The notes under the pieces were generated by a model, which searched no databases, was not told the DNA's origin, and saw only the letters and a list, made by a program, of their open reading frames with translations. A stretch of 63,694 bases of DNA, the filler included, from Chrysochromulina tobinii (lineage: Eukaryota): the NCBI GenBank assembly GCA_001275005.1. It is 8 parts of 8 records of this genome, joined end to end, with 100 filler letters (N's around TTAATTAATTAA, not from the genome) between each part and the next. Parts side by side here need not be neighbours in the genome. Positions count along the whole stretch, not along the records: positions 56,824 to 61,812 come from JWZX01000635.1; positions 61,913 to 63,694 come from JWZX01000640.1; 6 more parts are not named here. One strand, written 5' to 3'. The position numbers and the translations under genes were made by a program. Shown one piece after another: positions 57,255 to 63,694 of the stretch; positions within the stretch are counted from its first letter, which is position 1; every line of letters begins with the position of its first letter.

Positions 57255-57986
57255 GATGGCTGGAAGCCGTTCAACGAATCGGCATGCTCGGCATGCTCAG
57301 CTTGCTCGTGCTCATTGTGCTCATCGTGCTCCGCATTTCTTCTTTTTTTCTTCGACGATTTTGGTACCATGTTTCGTGTCATACAGGGTCATACAGGGTT
57401 AGCGTAACCACCTTTGCGAGGGTTGGCTGAACCCTCGCATAGGTGGTTTCGCCTTTTCATAGGATGACGTGGCTGATTGTATTCTCATCATGATTTTGGG
57501 GGGGATTTTTCTGTATATTGCGTGTCTGCATGGCTCGTTGATGTGGCGCTCTCAAAACGAAATTGGGGTTAAACAAGATGCTCACGTAGACATCAAGACC
57601 GTGCGAGGATAGCTTCTTTATTTCTAGTATGAAGTATCCTGAACAGCAAGATTCTTCAGGAGCGCGCATGCATCTTCCCCCACTTCCTGCTGTTCAACAC
57701 AACTCACTTGACTGACACAACATCGTCATCGACTTGACAACGCTTGACTGACGACGGCGTACTGGCTATCTTAGCCCCCTCATAAGACCAGGGGGCTGCG
57801 GGCTCGCGAACCCGTTCGAAACCCGCGAGCGCCTTCTGTCCGCCTACCCCCTTCCGCCGGACCGCCCCTCCTCCTACCCTCCTCCATGGTGTGAGTTAGC
57901 GCCCCGCCTGCGAGCATGCCCAGCGAGTATGTAACAGTATCGCGCTCGTCCCCCAGCTTGCATGACACTTTGTGCCGCCCGGCTCT

Positions 57987-60692
57987 TCATGGGAAACCAT
58001 AGCGCATGCGCAGCTGATGGATTTGTTCTCGCCTGCCGCGTTCGTCTTCGATCGAACTAGCCAACAGACTGTAGTAAGCTCGTTGTGCAGACTCCCGTTC
58101 GTCCCTCCGAGGAGCTTTGGAAGGTACATACGCAATCTTTCCGCGGTTCATACGTATTCTGAACTTCTCGTCCTCCTTCTCGTCCTCGTCCTCGTCCTCG
58201 TACTCTTCCTCGTCCCTGGTGAAGTTCGTCTCGACGTCGCGGTCTCTCTTCCTCACCACAGAGCTCTTGAGAGACGAATAAGAGCTGGCCGGTCTCTGGG
58301 CGATGACGTTCTGCAGCCTCTGGATCTCCAACAAAGCATCCTGCAGCGCCTGGGCTGAGGGGGAAGGCTTCCCCTCCTTCACCTGCTTCTGGTTCTTCTT
58401 TTTATTTGACGCCGCCCCCTTGGCCGCCGCCTTGGCCGCCACCGGCGCAGGCGGCGCCTTGACCGGCACGCGCGGCGCCTTGACTGGCGCGCCCTTGCCC
58501 TTGCTCGGCGCGCTGGTTAGCTCCTCGTCCTCCTCCTCCTCCTCCTCCTCCTCCTCCTCGTCCTCATCCTCGTCCTCGTCCTCGTCCTCGTCTTCGTCCT
58601 CGTGCTCGTCCTCGTGCTCCTCCTTCTTCTGCTTTGTATTCTTCTTCGCCACCTCCTCCTTCTTTTGCTCCTCCTTCTTCGCCTTCTCCTCCTTCTCCTC
58701 CTTCTTCGCCTTTTCCTCCTTCTTCTTCTTCTCCTCCTCCTCCTTCAACTTCTTCTCCTCCTCCTTCTTCTTCTTCTTCTCCTCGTTCTCCTTCTTCGCC
58801 TTCTCCTCCTTCTCCTTCTTCGCCTTCTCCTCCTTTGCCTTCTCCTCCTTCTCCTTTGCCTTCTCCTCCTTCTCCGCTGTCCTCGCATCCTTGCTCTTGC
58901 GCTTAGCTTCATCCCTGGCCTGCTGGGCTTCCTTTTCTGCAGCTGAGCTCCTTTTCTGCACCCACTGGAAGTTGGCCAACCTAACATTCCGTATCGCGTT
59001 CATCATGTCGGCCTTATCCGCGCTGGACATCTCAGGCTGCAACGTATCAAGCAATACGTTTGAAAGCCCCACCTGCACGATGACCTTGTCCTCGGCACAG
59101 TATATAAGAGCGTTGTAGCGGTACTGATTTGCCATCGAGCAGCGTAGGATAAGAGCCATGTAGAATTCCTTCTTGGGGCGCTGCGGCGCGGTTGCAGCAT
59201 CAACAGTCACTCGATTGCCGACTGCTAGTAGGACACTATCCAGCTTCACCGCACAGAACGCGTCCAACTCATCCACCTTTGGCGAGCCTGTAGGCGTTGG
59301 GAAGTTGACTTCAACTCGACCAAGGAAGACGCCATCGGCAACAGTTGCTGAATTATTTCGGCTACGTATGAGCTGGCATGGACGCATGTTGATCGGTGTT
59401 GGGTCGTCGTCGCCGCCTAAAAATTCATAGTCCGATTGCATCTCCTCCTGCTTCATGGTGGTGAAGCCGCCCGATGAGTTGTCGTAAATGAAGAGGACCT
59501 TGTGCGCAGGGATTGCCATGTCCTTGGAGCCGTCACGTGTGCGGATCGTGCCTGTCTGGCCATCAGACATGCGCCGCGCACGGGCCAAATCCATTTTGTC
59601 GTGCCAGTTGTTACCGCCGGCCGCTGCCTTGTCGGCCGCGGCTTTGTCGGCCGCGGCTTTGTTGGTGCCTGCCGCCGCGCTGTCGGGTGCTACCTTATCG
59701 GACGCTGTCCTGCTGCCGCCGCCTAAAATGGGAGGCTGCGCGGCGCCCACGCCTTGAACTCCTTCATGAGCTCCTCCTTGAGCATGTGGAGGCTGCGTCG
59801 CATCAGAGCCAAAGCCACTGCTTGCCGCAGCGCCAGTCGACCCAGCGCCGATCCCCGCCGTCACCGCAGGCTGTGCGATCCCTGCCGTCACCGCAGGCTG
59901 TGCACCAGCGTCAAAGGCAAAGCTCTGCGCACCCGATGATGCCGCCGTCGCCGCGCCGAACGCCGTCGCCACGCCCGCGCCGCCGCCGAGAGGTGCACCT
60001 AAAATGGGTGGCAGCGCGGCGCCCGTGCATTGAGCTCTTCCTTGAGCTCCTCCTTGAGCACCTCCATGAGCTGCGGCGACGGCGGCGTCGGTGGCGGCGT
60101 TAAGGGCCTCGTCGTTCAAGTCGTCGTCGTCGTCAAGGCTGTTGAGGCTGCCGCCGACCTTTGTCGCCGTTGACGCTTTGGACACTGGTGCCTTTGGTGC
60201 CGAGGCCTTGGGTGACGACATTGTGGGCGTGAAGGCCTGAGGCGGAGGGCATGATGCGATGGGTGGTGGCCATCCCGCCCTCATGGTACCGGCGCTGCTG
60301 ATGCTGCCCGCCACGTCCTCAATGCTCCACGCGCCGGCAGTCGGAAGCTTGTCGGAGGCATTCGATTGTGCATCAACTTTGTCGATAGGAAAGTCATAGT
60401 ATTCCATGCCGACCTCTGCGAACAACGTTTCCTTGGAGAACCCTGAGGAAGGGCAGCTGTCCTCCGGCTCATCGAGCACCTCGCCCTTCTCGTTGAGCAG
60501 GAGCCAAATATTTGCCGATAACTTCTGGAGCATTACGCGACGCCACGGCGTGTCAAAAGAGTCGCGATCACGCGCGGCAATGATATCCATGTTCTTCGCC
60601 TGCTCGAGGATGTCTTTGAGCGTCATCGCGAACGGAAACTTCGTGGATTGCGCCCTCGCGAGGTCGTCCCACGACGACAAGCGTCGCGACAT
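57987..60692 (-). CDS. Hypothetical protein: small globular N-terminus, Ala/Gly linker, globular middle, Lys/Glu coiled-coil and acidic tract
   Basis: About 900-codon intronless ORF with complex globular segments. ATG 60692 chosen because the upstream ORF part is tandem repeat. No family recognised. Confidence 0.65.
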   Translation of the reverse strand: MSRRLSSWDDLARAQSTKFPFAMTLKDILEQAKNMDIIAARDRDSFDTPWRRVMLQKLSANIWLLLNEKGEVLDEPEDSCPSSGFSKETLFAEVGMEYYDFPIDKVDAQSNASDKLPTAGAWSIEDVAGSISSAGTMRAGWPPPIASCPPPQAFTPTMSSPKASAPKAPVSKASTATKVGGSLNSLDDDDDLNDEALNAATDAAVAAAHGGAQGGAQGRAQCTGAALPPILGAPLGGGAGVATAFGAATAASSGAQSFAFDAGAQPAVTAGIAQPAVTAGIGAGSTGAAASSGFGSDATQPPHAQGGAHEGVQGVGAAQPPILGGGSRTASDKVAPDSAAAGTNKAAADKAAADKAAAGGNNWHDKMDLARARRMSDGQTGTIRTRDGSKDMAIPAHKVLFIYDNSSGGFTTMKQEEMQSDYEFLGGDDDPTPINMRPCQLIRSRNNSATVADGVFLGRVEVNFPTPTGSPKVDELDAFCAVKLDSVLLAVGNRVTVDAATAPQRPKKEFYMALILRCSMANQYRYNALIYCAEDKVIVQVGLSNVLLDTLQPEMSSADKADMMNAIRNVRLANFQWVQKRSSAAEKEAQQARDEAKRKSKDARTAEKEEKAKEKEEKAKEEKAKKEKEEKAKKENEEKKKKKEEEKKLKEEEEKKKKEEKAKKEEKEEKAKKEEQKKEEVAKKNTKQKKEEHEDEHEDEDEDEDEDEDEDEEEEEEEEEEDEELTSAPSKGKGAPVKAPRVPVKAPPAPVAAKAAAKGAASNKKKNQKQVKEGKPSPSAQALQDALLEIQRLQNVIAQRPASSYSSLKSSVVRKRDRDVETNFTRDEEEYEDEDEDEKEDEKFRIRMNRGKIAYVPSKAPRRDERESAQRAYYSLLASSIEDERGRREQIHQLRMRYGFP

Positions 60693-60767
60693 CGCGCTAC
60701 CGGACACCGTTGGTTTTTCGATGGACACAAAACGAGGGAAATGGACTAATTCACAGACACTCCCTTC

Positions 60768-60957
60768 TTCCACTTCCGGCCCCCAGCGCTCCTTGCAAAC
60801 CTGCAAACCCAGGATTCCGAAATTCCCGATTCCACTTCCGGCCCCCAGCGCTCCTTGCAAACCCAGGATTCCGAAATTCCCAATTCCACTTCCGGCCCCC
60901 AGCGCTCCTTGCAAACCCAGGATTCCGAAATTCCCGATTCCACTTCCGGCCCCCAGT
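60768..60957. repeat. 54-bp tandem repeat, about 3.5 units
   Basis: Unit ttccacttccggcccccagcgctccttgcaaacccaggattccgaaattccc(g/a)a. Confidence 0.92.
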
Positions 60958-61172
60958 AACCCTAAACCCGCCGCGTGACGCCGCACTACCTGTGGTTGGG
61001 CTCACGCCTAACTCGTGGTTAGGCTCCCGCCTAACTCGTGGTTCCGTACGTTTTTTCTAACCATAAAAAATAAAATAAACCCCTAACCCTAACCCTAAAC
61101 CCGCCGCGTGACGCCGCACTACCTGTGGTTGGGCTCACGCCTAACTCGTGGTTATTAGGCTCCCACCTAACT
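60957..61172. repeat. ~70-bp direct repeat x2, each headed by telomere-type CCCTAA units
   Basis: taaccctaaacccgccgcgtgacgccgcactacctgtggttgggctcacgcctaactcgtggtt at ~60958 and ~61090; (CCCTAA)3 at 61081-61098. Confidence 0.88.
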
Positions 61173-61546
61173 TTAGGAAAAATTAACCCTAAGCATGCCG
61201 CGTGCACACTTGGGTTCCGTAAGGGCCGCGCTACGCGATCCGCGCTCCCAGCATATATATTTAGGACTAGGAGTTGACGTACTGGAGTAGGCCCTCTCGG
61301 GGACTGCACACACTCTCGCAAAGGCCCCAATGCGCGTACAGCTTTACAACACACACACTCAAACTCAGGGTGTTAGACTTAGAGGTAGATCACCCAAGAT
61401 GATCACCCTACATCGAAATCGTGAGAGCCCTCAGTCACGGAAGATCGCGTCGCCAGGAAGGGAGACACCGAAGATCTCCGAAGGGTATTGCTCGAATGGG
61501 ATGTCGCGCTTCAGGAGAACGGCCGCTTCGCCAGGCTGGTAGGTTC

Positions 61547-61812
61547 TCAGGCCCTCGTAATCTGAGCCGTAATGCGCAAAAATCTCATCGCCGGCACGAA
61601 TGACTTCGGCCGCGTAGAGAGCGTATAGAGAGCGAGCACGGCTATGATGCTGTCCTTGGCGCTCAGATCGCTTCTGACTTCATGTCCAGCGTAGTGCGCG
61701 ATGAACTTTGCATTCGCGACCTTACCGAATTCGGGCTCGTTGGCACTTGACCAGATGTGCGCGTCGCTTCGTCGAAGCGGGACGACGAACAAGGTGTCGC
61801 TGATCTTCATCG
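61547..61812 (-). CDS. 3' fragment of a hypothetical protein entering from the contig edge
   Basis: Open frame from the contig end with protein-like complexity; no domain recognised. Confidence 0.35.
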
Positions 61813-61912
61813 NNNNNNNNNNNNNNNNNNNNNNNNNNNNNNNNNNNNNNNNNNNNTTAATTAATTAANNNNNNNNNNNNNNNNNNNNNNNNNNNNNNNN
61901 NNNNNNNNNNNN

Positions 61913-63694
61913 GAGACCGCAGCGGTGGCGACGGCAGAATGGGCAACAGCGGCATCCGTGATAGCAACGGCAGTGATGGCAGCGACAGCGATGGCGGCCA
62001 CAGCAGCTGCGGCGACGGTAGCAGCCGATGGCGATGGCGCAGCGGCCGATGGCGGTGGCGCAGAGGCCGACGGCGATGGCACAGCGGCCGACGGCGATGG
62101 CGCAGCGGCCGACAGCGATGGCGCAGCGGCCGACAGCGATGGCGCAGCAGCCGACGGCGATGGCACAGCAGCCGACGGCGATGGCGCAGCTGCGGCGACG
62201 GTAGCAGCCAATGGCGATGGCGCAGCGGCCGACGGCGATGGTGCAGCGGCAGACAGCGATGGCGCAGCAGCCGACAGCGATGGCGCAGCAGCCGACGGCG
62301 ATGCCGAGGCCGACGGCGATGGCGCAGCAGCCGATGGCGATGGCGCAGCAGCCGATGGCGATGACGCATGATAAGGCGCGTGGGCCAAGGGCGATGGCGC
62401 ACGAGCCAAGAGCGATGGCTGCGCCGGCGCCAAGGGCGATGGCGCAGTCGATGCCAAGGTCGACGAAGCCGGTGCCAAGGCCAATGGTGCAGCTGATGCC
62501 AAGGGCGATCGCGCACGAGCCGAGACTAATGGCGTATAAGCTAACAGCGATGCCATAGCTGATGCCAAAGCCGATGCCGAGGTCGATGGCTTAGCCGATA
62601 TAACTCCGTAAGATATAAAGGTCAATAGCGTAGCGGATGCCGAGGACGAGGGCATAGCCAATGCCAAGGGCGATGGCGCGGAGGCCGAGGCCGAGGCGGA
62701 TGACGCGGCTGAGGTCGACGCCAACAGAGCGCTGGCCGAGAACGGCAATGCATGAGCCAATGACGATGGCACACCAGCAGCGACGGCAACAAAGTCGGCA
62801 ACGTCCTCAACGGGAGCAGCGTCGGCAATGCTGTCGGCAGCGACGGCGGCGACGGTGGCAATTGCATCGGCGGCGACGGCAGTCGAGGGAAGCATCCGAG
62901 CTGGCGGTACGGTCGACACCAAGGGTGACGGTGCAGCACGAGTTGAGCGCGATGCCAAGGCCGATGGCGGAGCCGATCTCACACGAGCCGAGGGCGACAC
63001 TGAGGCAAAAGCCAACGGCGCAGCCGAGGCCGGAGGAGGCGACGGCGCCGAGGCCGAGGGGGGTGGCGCACGAGATTGCGGCGCAGCCGACGCCAAGAGC
63101 AACGGCGCGGCCAACGTCAATGGCAATGATCCAGCCCTCGTCGGGGGCAACGGCGCAGCCAAAGGGGCCAAGGGCGAGCTCGCAGCCCACAGCGCACAAA
63201 CTGACCGCGCTGCACAAGCCGGCGGCACATGAGCCGAAGTTGACGAGGCCGATGGCGCAGCCGACGCCACAAGGGCAGAGGGCGGAGGCGCGGCAGCGGC
63301 AACGGCAGCGATGTCGGCACTACCAGCGGCTGCAAGGGTGGCAATGCCACGGGCGGGGACAGCGGCATCGCAAAGGCCATAGAGAACAGCCAAGGCTGAG
63401 GCTAACGCTGCAACCGAGGTCGAGGAGGGTGGCGCACGAGCTGGTGGCGCAGCCAACGGCAACGGTGACTGCCCAGCCCGCGTCGATGGCAACGGTGCGG
63501 CCGAGGGCAAAAACGACGGCGCAGCCCACAGCGAAGGCGCACAGGCCGACCGCACCGCAAAGGCCGACTGCGCATGAGCCGAGGCCAACAGTGCATAAGC
63601 CGAGCCCGAGACAGACGGCGTATGAGCCGAGGCTGATGGTGCACGGGCCAAGGCTGACAGCGCAGCCGACGGCGCACGAGCCCGCGCCGAGGCC
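61913..63694. repeat. Degenerate codon-like minisatellite field (21-bp ggcgcagcggccgacggcgat core at ~62025-62362); minus strand open as a mucin-like Ala/Ser/Pro ORF
   Basis: Tandem units are visible. The plus-strand AADGDG frame has stops; the minus frame is open for 596 codons, but coding status is unproven. Confidence 0.7.

Noticed and set aside
58303..59118. Plus-strand Ser/Phe/Leu-rich membrane-like ORFs
   Set aside because: Antisense of the Lys/Glu-rich tract.
60693..60986. N-terminal GAGSGIGNFGILGLQ repeats of ORF 57987-60986
   Set aside because: Read-through of the 54-bp tandem repeat from a non-ATG start; the likely start is 60692.

Overview
This is GC-rich eukaryotic DNA, not prokaryotic. 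It is a concatenation of 8 contigs (1-10571, 10672-31777, 31878-39271, 39372-41785, 41886-49797, 49898-56723, 56824-61812, 61913-63694) joined by artificial 100-nt N/TTAATTAATTAA spacers, so linkage across spacers is not real. GC-AG introns, CCCTAA repeats and the gene families suggest a haptophyte alga (Chrysochromulina-like; inference only). Recognisable genes: an intron-riddled P-loop GTPase, a three-domain glycosyltransferase, a membrane-anchored Trx-TrxR fusion, an ankyrin/EF-hand protein, a NEK kinase, an R2R3-type MYB, a cNMP-binding protein, a GT31, a plant-type LRR protein, ASPM, an OSCA/CSC1-like channel, a Skp1-F-box-LRR fusion, a DIRS-type retrotransposon, a TBL/PC-esterase, a receptor-like RING ligase, an ADP-ribosyltransferase fused to a pentameric ligand-gated channel, and an ARM protein. 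Three things stand out. (1) An apparent intron-generating process: introns are built from copies of their own flanking exons plus CTGA-core repeats, and the copies differ from the exons almost only at synonymous sites. (2) The ART-channel fusion. (3) A one-polypeptide Skp1/F-box/hypervariable-LRR receptor. All exon models and counts were made by hand.
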